A stretch of 64,000 nucleotides of DNA from Schlesneria sp. (GTDB lineage: Bacteria; Planctomycetota; Planctomycetia; Planctomycetales; Planctomycetaceae). Both the position numbers and the translations under genes were made by a program. The stretch's first letter is position 1. Every line of letters begins with the position of its first letter. The DNA is taken from NCBI GenBank assembly GCA_043749505.1, contig JAYVDI010000084.1, positions 7,339 through 71,338 of the forward strand, given 5' to 3'. Shown here one piece after another: positions 37,387 through 45,689 of the stretch. Below the pieces are notes generated by a model, which was given only the letters and a program-made list of their open reading frames with translations, searched no databases and was not told the origin of the DNA.

Positions 37387-37423
37387 AGCCCCGCAGGCCA
37401 CTCGCTTGCGGGGCTGTTTCGTT
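37387..37423 (+). terminator. Rho-independent terminator
   Basis: AGCCCCGCA, an 11-nt loop, TGCGGGGCT, followed by GTTTCGTT. Confidence 0.65.
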
Positions 37424-37435
37424 GGGAGTGACGCA

Positions 37436-37523
37436 CACTAACCCGAAGCGTGAGCGAGGACGATCCCGCGCGAGACATCAACGCTGAATGTCTCATCGCC
37501 CTCGCTCACGCGGCGGGTTAGTG
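37436..37523. repeat. Palindromic element, family F (AACCCG.AGCGTGAGCGAGG ... CCTCGCTCACGC.GCGGGTT), 20 nt upstream of the copA ATG
   Basis: Arms 37436-37460 and 37499-37523. A second copy lies at 63548-63621. Both are followed by GTGTTCCT. Confidence 0.85.
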
Positions 37524-37542
37524 TTCCTAGGAGAGGCTGTTC

Positions 37543-40170
37543 ATGACTGAAGACCAATCACCGTTGCGATCACTCGCGTTGTCTTCGCTGAAGGTTCTCA
37601 ACAACGAACCGGATGCGTCGGGGCCAGCATCGACCCACGCCATCGATCCGATCTGCGGGATGAGCGTTGATCGTGCGACCGGTCGCTCGTGCGAGCGCGA
37701 TGGAACGACGTGGTACTTCTGCTGCGAGTTCTGTCGCACGAAGTTTCTCAACCCGGCACCCGCTTCGACCGAGCCTCCACTGCCCGGCACGAACTACTTC
37801 TGCCCGATGTGCCCCGGCGTGACGAGCGATCATCCCGCGAGTTGCCCGACGTGCGGCATGGCTCTCGAACCCGAATTGGCTTCAGGAACTCACGGTGACG
37901 ATGACACAGGACTGCGCGATTTGTGGAGGCGCTTCGTCCTTGCGGTCGCCTGCACGGTGCCCGTGTTCGTGCTGGCGATGGGTCCGATGATCGGGCTTCC
38001 CGTTAATCGCTGGGTCCGACCAACGACATCGTTTTGGTTGCAAGCACTGCTCAGCACGCCGGTCGTGTTGTGGTGCGGCTGGCCCTTCTGGGTGATCGGT
38101 TTCCAATCGCTGCGGACTCGTTGCTGGAACATGTTCACACTGATCCTGCTCGGTGTGGGGGCGGCCTTCGTGATGAGTCTCGTGGAGTTGTTCAGGCTGA
38201 CGTTTGGGTACTCCTCGACAGGGCACGAACAGGTTCACGCCAATCTCTACTTCGAGTCGGCGGCAGTCATCACGACGCTGGTGTTGCTCGGTCAGATTTT
38301 GGAACACCGCGCACGGCGTCGGACGGGGCAGGCGATTCGCGAGCTGATGAACCTCGCGCCGCCGATGGCATGCGTGATTCGGAACGGTGTCGAGCAAACC
38401 GTTCCACTGGGCGAAGTCATGCCGAGCGAGATGATTCGCGTCCGTCCGGGCGAGACAATTCCGGTCGATGGCTTGCTGATGGGCGAAGGTTCACTCCGTG
38501 ATGACTCACACCGCAACGCCGAGTCTTTTTCCGGTCCCGTTGCCCCCCGCCTTGGGGGGGAGAGAGTTAGGGTGACGAGGGCCGAGGCGGACACGCGACC
38601 ATTCACCGCAACAACCCCGACGGAGCCGAATGACTTTCATCCGACGCAACTCCGCTGCGAAGAGGAGACCCCTCACCCTAACCCTCTCCCCGCAAAGCCG
38701 GGGCGAGGGGACAAGGCCAAGAGTCCGTTCATCGCCTTCTCTGACCTTCATCCCTCGACCCTCAACGATCAACCTCCGCTGACGACCATCGACGAATCGA
38801 TGCTGACGGGCGAGTCGCTTCCGGTCGCGAAGGGTGTTGGCGATCAAGTGCTCGGCGGGACAGTAAACCAGACAGGCTCATTCCTGATGCGGGCGGAGCG
38901 GGTTGGTAGCGAGACGTTGCTCGCGCAAATCATTGGGTTGGTGGCGAAGGCTCAGCGCAGTCGAGCGCCCGTACAGCGGCTGGCCGATGTGGTGGCGAGT
39001 TGGTTTGTACCCGCAGTGCTGAGTGTGGCTGCGGTCACTCTCATCGCGTGGTCGCTGGCGGGATCGTCCAGTCATGGGCTGGCGAATGCTGTCGCGGTCC
39101 TGATCATTGCGTGTCCGTGTGCGCTCGGGCTGGCGACTCCGATGGCGATCACGGTGGGAATGGGGCGAGCCGCCCGCAGCGGAGTCCTCTTTCGCGATGC
39201 CGAATCGCTCGAAGAACTTCATCGCATCGACACGCTGTTCATCGACAAGACCGGTACGCTGACTGAGGGAAAGCCGAGTCTGATGAAGCTCGATCCCGTG
39301 TCAGGCTTCTCTCGCAGAGAGATCTTGCAATTGATCGCCTCTGTTGAGCAATCGAGCGAACATCCGTGGGCGCGAGCCTTCGTGAATGCCGCGAACGCAG
39401 AGGGAATCGAACTCCTGTCGGTTGCTGATTTTCTCAACGTGCCGGGGCAAGGTGTGAGCGGTCGCGTGAATCACCAGATCGTCCGCGTGGGCCGCTCTCA
39501 GTTCATTTTCGATGGATTCCGCGATCGAGTCACCGAAGGACCACCTTCCGGAGGAAGAAGTGTTCTGTTTGCGTCGGTGGATGGCCAGTGCGGTGCAATG
39601 TGTGAGTTAGAAGATGAGATTCGCTCGTCGAGTCCCTTGGCAGTGGAGGGGCTTCAAAAAAGAAACGTCAGAGTCGTATTGCTCACCGGAGATCAACTCA
39701 GCTCTGCACAGGTTGTGGCCCAGAAAGTCGGGATTGATCGAGTGGAAGCAGTGCTCAAGCCAGACGACAAGCTCACACGGATCGAAGATGCCCGTCTCTC
39801 CGGCCATGTCGTTGCGATGGCAGGAGACGGGATCAACGACGCGCCCGCATTGGCTGCTGCAAACGTTGGCATCTCGCTGGGAACCGGCACCGACGTGGCG
39901 AAGCAATCGGCGGGAGTGATCCTCGTTCAGCCCGATTTGCGCCGGATCGTCACCGCATTGGCGCTCAGTCGGGCAGTCATGACGAACATCCGCCAGAACC
40001 TATTCTTCGCGTTCGCCTACAACGCGTTGGGAGTCCCGCTCGCAGCGGGAGTTCTCGAACCCTTCGGCGGCCCGGCCCTCGATCCGATGCTGGCGGCATT
40101 GGCAATGAGTCTGAGTTCGTTGTCTGTAATTGGCAATGCGCTGCGGCTGAACGGCTTGCAGGACGAGTGA
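37543..40170 (+). CDS. copA: Copper-translocating P1B-type ATPase with an N-terminal YHS/TRASH-type metal-binding domain
   Basis: N-terminal CGMSVD...YFCCEFC and CPMCPGV...CPTCGM. ESMLTGES (TGE) motif, CPC motif (IACPCALGLATP), DKTGTLT, GDGINDAPAL. It contains a 97-aa in-frame insert (38494-38784). Confidence 0.9.
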   Translation: MTEDQSPLRSLALSSLKVLNNEPDASGPASTHAIDPICGMSVDRATGRSCERDGTTWYFCCEFCRTKFLNPAPASTEPPLPGTNYFCPMCPGVTSDHPASCPTCGMALEPELASGTHGDDDTGLRDLWRRFVLAVACTVPVFVLAMGPMIGLPVNRWVRPTTSFWLQALLSTPVVLWCGWPFWVIGFQSLRTRCWNMFTLILLGVGAAFVMSLVELFRLTFGYSSTGHEQVHANLYFESAAVITTLVLLGQILEHRARRRTGQAIRELMNLAPPMACVIRNGVEQTVPLGEVMPSEMIRVRPGETIPVDGLLMGEGSLRDDSHRNAESFSGPVAPRLGGERVRVTRAEADTRPFTATTPTEPNDFHPTQLRCEEETPHPNPLPAKPGRGDKAKSPFIAFSDLHPSTLNDQPPLTTIDESMLTGESLPVAKGVGDQVLGGTVNQTGSFLMRAERVGSETLLAQIIGLVAKAQRSRAPVQRLADVVASWFVPAVLSVAAVTLIAWSLAGSSSHGLANAVAVLIIACPCALGLATPMAITVGMGRAARSGVLFRDAESLEELHRIDTLFIDKTGTLTEGKPSLMKLDPVSGFSRREILQLIASVEQSSEHPWARAFVNAANAEGIELLSVADFLNVPGQGVSGRVNHQIVRVGRSQFIFDGFRDRVTEGPPSGGRSVLFASVDGQCGAMCELEDEIRSSSPLAVEGLQKRNVRVVLLTGDQLSSAQVVAQKVGIDRVEAVLKPDDKLTRIEDARLSGHVVAMAGDGINDAPALAAANVGISLGTGTDVAKQSAGVILVQPDLRRIVTALALSRAVMTNIRQNLFFAFAYNALGVPLAAGVLEPFGGPALDPMLAALAMSLSSLSVIGNALRLNGLQDE
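38494..38784. mobile_element. 291-nt composite repeat-derived insertion inside copA (two inverted family A copies flanking ~90 nt)
   Basis: The canonical ...VDG.V..G.S.VDESMLTGES is split here as GLLMGEGS-[97 aa]-TIDESMLTGES. The insert contains a family A copy in reverse at 38539-38581 and a forward copy at 38669-38716. Confidence 0.8.
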
Positions 40171-40366
40171 TGTCAACGTTGTGCGGCGGAGCGCGTTGCG
40201 TTCACCAGCAGTTCAGCATCGGAAGGCTCTGATTTGGCTGGCCTCCAACGCGGAGTTGATGGTTGTGAGACTTTCCTTCGACCAATAGAATGCCCCCCTA
40301 TTTCAGCAGCTTTTGATCTGACCGGATCGGTCGCTGCGGCTGCAAAATTGGAGTTGGACCGAGCGC

Positions 40367-40843
40367 ATGCGTTTTCTCCTCATTGATCGAATCACCGAGT
40401 TGGTGCCGCATCAGTCGGTCTCGGCCCTCAAAAATTTGTCGCTGTCTGAAGAATATCTCGCTGACCACTTCCCCGGTTTTCCTGTCATGCCTGGCGTCCT
40501 GATGCTTGAAACGCTGGTTCAGGCGGGTGGGTGGCTGATTCGGCACTCAGAAGACTTCGCCCAAAGCACCATCCTGCTGAAAGAGGTGCGGGCGATCCGA
40601 TACAACAACTTCGTTTCCCCTGGGAACACGCTTCAGGTTCAGATGACTGTCAGGAAGCGAGATGGCGGCGTTTGGGACTTCACCGGAACTGGAACGGTGA
40701 ACGGGACATCGGCAGTTTCCGCCCGGCTGACTCTCGAAGCCTTCAATCTCGCTGATCGTAATCCCGAGTTGGCCGAATCTGATTCCCACCGCCGAGAGGT
40801 CTATCGCGGCCTCTTCCAGCAAATCTGGAAGCCTGCGGCTTGA
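40367..40843 (+). CDS. FabZ/FabA-like 3-hydroxyacyl-ACP dehydratase (hot-dog fold)
   Basis: MRFLLIDRI...EEYLADHFPGFPVMPGVLMLETLVQ is the typical dehydratase active-site region. Confidence 0.8.
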   Translation: MRFLLIDRITELVPHQSVSALKNLSLSEEYLADHFPGFPVMPGVLMLETLVQAGGWLIRHSEDFAQSTILLKEVRAIRYNNFVSPGNTLQVQMTVRKRDGGVWDFTGTGTVNGTSAVSARLTLEAFNLADRNPELAESDSHRREVYRGLFQQIWKPAA

Positions 40844-40949
40844 TGAATGAAATTGGGGAAGCTCTGCGAACTGCAGAACATTCACGCTAGAACAACAACA
40901 CGACAGATCCAAATCGACCGACGATTGTGCGATGAAGGGTGACTCTTCG

Positions 40950-41705
40950 ATGAAGCTTGCAGGACGAATCGCATTGGTGACCGGCGGAAGTCGCGGGATT
41001 GGCCGGGCCATCGTTTGCCAGTTGGCAGAAGCGGGTGCGAAGGTCGCCTTCGTCTATCAGTCGAACCGCGACGCCGCCGAAAATTTGGCGAAGGAACAGG
41101 CAGACTTGGGCCGCGAAGTGTGGGCCTTGCAAGCCGACGTGAGCAAGAAGCCGGAAGCCGATGCAGTAGTAGAACAAGTGTTGGCCAAGTGGTCGAAGAT
41201 CGACATTCTCGTCAACAATGCCGGGATCATCCGCGACAAACCGATCCTCGCGATGTCGATCGAGGAGTGGCAGCAGGTGATCGATACCAATCTGACCAGC
41301 GTGTTCAACTTCTGTCAGGCAGTTGTTCGCCCGATGATGTCGGCCCGCTACGGCCGGATCATCAACATGTCGAGCGTTTCGGCAGATTTCTCGAACCCAG
41401 GGCAAGCCAACTACGCGGCGAGCAAGGCGGGAATCGAAGGCTTCTCACGCTGTATGGCAGTCGAATACGCCAAACGCGGGATCACGGTGAACTGCGTAGC
41501 ACCGGGTTTCATCGAAACGGACATGACGGTTGCAGTCGTCAACTTGGCCGGGGACAAGATCAAAAATGCGATCCCCGTGAAGCGGCTCGGCAAGCCGGAA
41601 GACATTTCCAACGCCGTGCTGTTCTTCGCCTGCGAAGAAGCCAGCTACGTAACCGGACAAGTATTAAAGGTGGATGGCGGATTGACGCTGGGCGGGATGG
41701 GCTGA
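40950..41705 (+). CDS. fabG: 3-oxoacyl-ACP reductase
   Basis: The ATG at 40950 gives MKLAGRIALVTGGSRGIG. NNAG, S...YAASK catalytic motif, and a C-terminal VDGGL. Confidence 0.85.
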   Translation: MKLAGRIALVTGGSRGIGRAIVCQLAEAGAKVAFVYQSNRDAAENLAKEQADLGREVWALQADVSKKPEADAVVEQVLAKWSKIDILVNNAGIIRDKPILAMSIEEWQQVIDTNLTSVFNFCQAVVRPMMSARYGRIINMSSVSADFSNPGQANYAASKAGIEGFSRCMAVEYAKRGITVNCVAPGFIETDMTVAVVNLAGDKIKNAIPVKRLGKPEDISNAVLFFACEEASYVTGQVLKVDGGLTLGGMG

Positions 41706-41901
41706 TCGTCAGCCATCAAGGTAAATTGAAAAGCGGGAATTGGCTGCGTTGCCTCAAGGTGGCGTGGCTATGAGATAAGTGTGGGTTCGATTGGCCGGAG
41801 CCTTGCCCCGACGGTCAATCGCCGATTCAGGGGCGGCAAAGAGCGGGACGGTGGTTCGCGGGCTGGGTGTTCGCCGAACTGCCTCCTCAGGAGAAATTGG
41901 G

Positions 41902-42300
41902 ATGCCTTCACGCGACGAAATTTTGGAAAAGGTCAGAGAGACATTGGTCGATGCGCTGGGACTCGATGACGATGAGGTCACGCCCACCTCGCGGCTCAAA
42001 GCCGATTTGGGAGCCGAGTCGATCGATTTCTTGGACATCGTGTTTCGGCTCGAAAAGAACTTCAACACGAAGATTCCTCGCAACGAACTGTTCCCCGAAA
42101 GCCTGTTCTCGGCCGACGCGGGCTTTGCCGAGAACGGTCGCGTCACCGAAAAGGGATTGACCGAACTGAGGACTCGTTTGCCTCACGCCGATCCCGCAAC
42201 GATCGAGAAACTGGCGCTGGATCCACGAGTCGAGAATGTCGAGGACTTGTTCACGGTCAATATGGTCGTGAACTTTCTGGCCAACAAGCTGGGTGCGTGA
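41902..42300 (+). CDS. Acyl carrier protein with a ~50-aa C-terminal extension
   Basis: ATG at 41902 with AGGAG upstream. The phosphopantetheine site context is LGAESIDFLDIVF. It is 132 aa, compared with about 80 aa for canonical AcpP. Confidence 0.75.
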   Translation: MPSRDEILEKVRETLVDALGLDDDEVTPTSRLKADLGAESIDFLDIVFRLEKNFNTKIPRNELFPESLFSADAGFAENGRVTEKGLTELRTRLPHADPATIEKLALDPRVENVEDLFTVNMVVNFLANKLGA

Positions 42301-42390
42301 TTGGCCGAGTCGCGGCGTTGAGGCGAGTCACTTTGTCTCGAGTGCGTCCCGGTGACGGATCGTTGCCGGTGACGCCCCGAAGGGTGTGTC

Positions 42391-42888
42391 ATGCGTTGGT
42401 TCTGGGTCGATCGGTTCACCGAGTTTGAGAGTGGTTCTCACGCCAAGGCGATTAAAAACGTCACCTTGGCGGAAGAGCACCTGCACGATCATCAACCTGG
42501 TTTTCCGGTCATGCCCGCTTCGCTCATCCTCGAAGGATTGGCCCAAACGGGCGGGCTGTTGCTGGGTGAGAGCCGCCAGTTTTCCAAATTGGTGGTGCTG
42601 GCCAAAGTCCCACGCATGACCTTTCACGGTTGGGCGGGACCGGGTGACACGCTCACGTATTCAGCCAAGTTGACGGACTCGCGTGATGAAGGCGGAATGG
42701 TGGACGTGACGGCTCACGTAGGCGATCGCTTGGTGGCTGACGGCGAGATTGTCTTCGCTCACGTTGACGAAAAAGAGGCGGGAGCAGGCCGCGCCGATCA
42801 ACTGAACTGTGTCTTCACTCTGCTGCGCGGTGTGTTGGATGTTGGCAAGGCGGGTGATGGATCAAAGGGCGCTTCCGGTCCCTCGTGA
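42391..42888 (+). CDS. Second FabZ/FabA-like dehydratase
   Basis: MRWFWVDRF...EEHLHDHQPGFPVMPASLILEGLAQ. Confidence 0.75.
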   Translation: MRWFWVDRFTEFESGSHAKAIKNVTLAEEHLHDHQPGFPVMPASLILEGLAQTGGLLLGESRQFSKLVVLAKVPRMTFHGWAGPGDTLTYSAKLTDSRDEGGMVDVTAHVGDRLVADGEIVFAHVDEKEAGAGRADQLNCVFTLLRGVLDVGKAGDGSKGASGPS

Positions 42889-42930
42889 GCGCGGTTGCGA
42901 TTCAAGTTTTGGTGGCGAGGAGAGAATCAC

Positions 42931-44214
42931 ATGAGACGCAGAGTCGTGGTGACCGGGATTGGTGCCGTGACCCCGATTGGCAATTCTGTGGACGCCATGT
43001 GGCAGTCTCTGCAGGAAGCGAAGAGCGGGATCGGTTCAATCACGCATTTCGATGCCTCACATTTTCCAACCAAGTTCGCGGCCGAAGTGAAAGGCTTTGA
43101 TCTTGCCAACTATGTTGATGACCCGAAGCGTTTCGAGTTCTCTGGGTTGAACATTCGCTTCGCGGTCGGTGCGGCCAAGCAAGCGATGGACGATTCGGGC
43201 TTGCTCGACGGGAAGCTCGATCCCGCACGGTTCGGCGTCTATCTCGGTGCGGGTGAAGGACAGCAGGACTTTTCCCTCCTCATGGGATTGTGTGCGGAGT
43301 GCCAGCGTGATGGACAAGTCGATCTCGAACTCTTCACGCGCGGTGGATTGCAGCGGTTGCACGCTCAGACGGAGCTTGAGCAGGAACCGAACATGCCCGC
43401 CGGTCATCTGGCGGGGTTGTTCGACGCGCAGGGGCCAAATCTGAACTGCCTCACGGCGTGCGCCGCTTCAAGTCAGGCGATCGGCGAAGCGACGGAACTC
43501 ATCCGTCGTGGCGATGCCGACGCGATGCTGTCCGGAGGTGCGCACAGCATGATTCATCCGTTCGGTGTGACCGGATTCAACCTGCTCACGGCACTCTCGA
43601 CGCACAACTCCGACCCCCAGGGCGCATCTCGCCCATTCGATCGCAATCGCGACGGCTTCGTCCTTGGCGAGGGAGCCGGGATGGTGGTCCTCGAAGAACT
43701 CGAACACGCCCTGCAACGGGGAGCTCGCATTTACGGGGAAGTCGTTGGCTACGGATCGACGGCCGACGCCTACCGCATCACTGACATTCATCCCGAAGGC
43801 CGCGGTGCCGTCGCCTGCATCCGCATGGCCATGCGGGATGCGAGCCTCAACCCGGAAGACATCCAGTACATCAACGCACACGGGACAAGTACCGAAGTCA
43901 ACGACAAGGTTGAGACCTCGGCCATTCGGCAGACGTTTGGTGACGCGGCCTACAAGACGCCCGTCTCCAGCATCAAGAGCATGATGGGACATCTGATCGC
44001 CGCCGCCGGGAGCGTCGAAGCAATCACCTGCCTGTTGGCCATTCGTGATGGAGTGCTGCCACCGACCATCAACTACTGCACACCCGATCCCGACTGCGAT
44101 CTCGACTACGTTCCGAACGAAGCCCGCCAAGCCCCCGTCCGTCGGGCACTCTCCAACAGCTTTGGTTTCGGTGGCCAGAACGTGTCGCTGATCTTCTCGG
44201 AGTTCCGAGGCTGA
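42931..44214 (+). CDS. fabF: Beta-ketoacyl-ACP synthase II
   Basis: The ATG at 42931 gives MRRRVVVTGIGAVTPIG. Active-site C in LTACAASS. HGTSTEVND and SMMGHLI His motifs. NSFGFGGQN C-terminus. Confidence 0.85.
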   Translation: MRRRVVVTGIGAVTPIGNSVDAMWQSLQEAKSGIGSITHFDASHFPTKFAAEVKGFDLANYVDDPKRFEFSGLNIRFAVGAAKQAMDDSGLLDGKLDPARFGVYLGAGEGQQDFSLLMGLCAECQRDGQVDLELFTRGGLQRLHAQTELEQEPNMPAGHLAGLFDAQGPNLNCLTACAASSQAIGEATELIRRGDADAMLSGGAHSMIHPFGVTGFNLLTALSTHNSDPQGASRPFDRNRDGFVLGEGAGMVVLEELEHALQRGARIYGEVVGYGSTADAYRITDIHPEGRGAVACIRMAMRDASLNPEDIQYINAHGTSTEVNDKVETSAIRQTFGDAAYKTPVSSIKSMMGHLIAAAGSVEAITCLLAIRDGVLPPTINYCTPDPDCDLDYVPNEARQAPVRRALSNSFGFGGQNVSLIFSEFRG

Positions 44215-44332
44215 CAATCTGGATGAGCGAGGCATAGCACGGGCGGCTTGCCTGTGCTTCTCAACGAGAAAGCCGAGCAGGCGAGCCGCCTACTCTAGGT
44301 TGATTATCGGTCGGAGAAGTGCGAGTCCGGTC

Positions 44333-45460
44333 ATGTCGCTGCCGATGGTCATCCCCTTAGAAGCCATGAGCCGTGCGCTCGAACTCGCGCGACGCGGCGT
44401 CGGTCGCGTCGAACCGAATCCCGCTGTCGGCGCGGTGATCGTCGCTGATGACGGACGGGTACTGGGCGAGGGCTGGCACGAACGATTCGGCGGGCCACAT
44501 GCCGAAGTCATGGCTCTCGCGGCGGCTGGCGTTTTGGCTCGTGATGCCACGCTGTACGTGACGCTCGAACCGTGCTGTCACTTCGGCAAGACACCACCCT
44601 GTTCGCGTGCCGTGATTGCGGCGGGGATTCGTCGCGTGGTGGTGGCCACTGGCGATCCGGCGGCGCATGTCAACGGCGGCGGCATCGCCGAATTGCGTGC
44701 GGCGGGGATCGAAGTGGAAGTGGGACTGATGGCTCAAGCAGCCCGCCGTCTCATCGCGCCGTTCACCAAGCTCACGACAACGGGCCAGCCGTGGGTCCAC
44801 GCCAAATGGGCGATGACGCTCGATGGCAAGCTCGCGTCGAAATCCGGTTCGTCGCTCTGGATCACGAACGAAGCCTCCCGCGCAATCGTGCATCAGTTGC
44901 GAGGCCGCATGGACGCGATCCTCGTCGGCATCGGGACGGTTATCACGGACGATCCGTTGCTGACGGCGCGGCCACCGGGACCAAGAACTCCCCTTCGCAT
45001 CGTACTCGATTCCTTTGCCAAGATTCCGTTGGAGTCGCAGCTTGTTCGTACCACCAGTGAGACACCGACGATTGTCGTAACAACGTCTCACGCTGACACA
45101 AATCGTTGTTCCGCGCTCAGTGCGGCGGGTGTTCAAGTTCTTATGATCGAGTGCGATTCTAATGGCCATCCTGATCTCGCCGTCTTGCTCACCGAACTCG
45201 GACGCCAGCGTCTGACGAATGTCCTCGTGGAAGGCGGAGGTCAAGTCTTGGGATCGTTTTTCGATCGAAGTCTGATTGACGAGGTGCATGCGTTCATCGC
45301 GCCGAAGTTGATCGGCGGAGCAAGCGCACCGTCTCCGCTCATGAGTGAGGGCCGGGCCGACATGTGCGAGGCGCTGAGCTTGGATGACTCGACCGTTGAG
45401 ATCCTCGAAGGCGACATGTATCTCCACGGCTGGACGGCCAAAACTTCGTCGATCGAGTGA
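44333..45460 (+). CDS. ribD: Bifunctional riboflavin biosynthesis protein RibD (deaminase/reductase)
   Basis: The CMP/dCMP deaminase zinc motif HAEV...TLEPCCHFGKTPPC is followed by a RibD_C reductase domain. The start is uncertain (TTG 44300, ATG 44333, 44345 or 44366). Confidence 0.85.
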   Translation: MSLPMVIPLEAMSRALELARRGVGRVEPNPAVGAVIVADDGRVLGEGWHERFGGPHAEVMALAAAGVLARDATLYVTLEPCCHFGKTPPCSRAVIAAGIRRVVVATGDPAAHVNGGGIAELRAAGIEVEVGLMAQAARRLIAPFTKLTTTGQPWVHAKWAMTLDGKLASKSGSSLWITNEASRAIVHQLRGRMDAILVGIGTVITDDPLLTARPPGPRTPLRIVLDSFAKIPLESQLVRTTSETPTIVVTTSHADTNRCSALSAAGVQVLMIECDSNGHPDLAVLLTELGRQRLTNVLVEGGGQVLGSFFDRSLIDEVHAFIAPKLIGGASAPSPLMSEGRADMCEALSLDDSTVEILEGDMYLHGWTAKTSSIE

Positions 45461-45599
45461 GTCATCACACTCCACGTGGCGCTGAGTGATATGTTCAATC
45501 GCCCCGTGTGCCTACCATGTCCTTGAGCGACCAAGAACCCACAGCGCTGCGGCATGCGGCTCGCCAATGTGTCACCTTTGGTTGCGAGATATCTCTCGC

Positions 45600-45651
45600 A
45601 AACACGAATGCCGGAGACGACCACAGTTGTTCGTCTCCGGCATTCGTGTTT
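45600..45651. terminator. Bidirectional terminator hairpin between the convergent ribD and YTV genes
   Basis: A perfect 21-bp stem AAACACGAATGCCGGAGACGA / TCGTCTCCGGCATTCGTGTTT with a 10-nt loop. The A/T runs are part of the stem ends. Confidence 0.7.
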
Positions 45652-45689
45652 GACAGTCAATTCACCGCTGGGCGGCATTGACGCTGAAG

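Noticed and set aside
38494-38784. An intein or intron explanation for the CopA insert
   Set aside because: At 97 aa it is too short for an intein. It lacks Cys/Ser/Thr at the N-terminal splice junction and the His-Asn C-terminal motif. It has no group I or II intron features. It consists instead of copies of a dispersed genomic palindrome.
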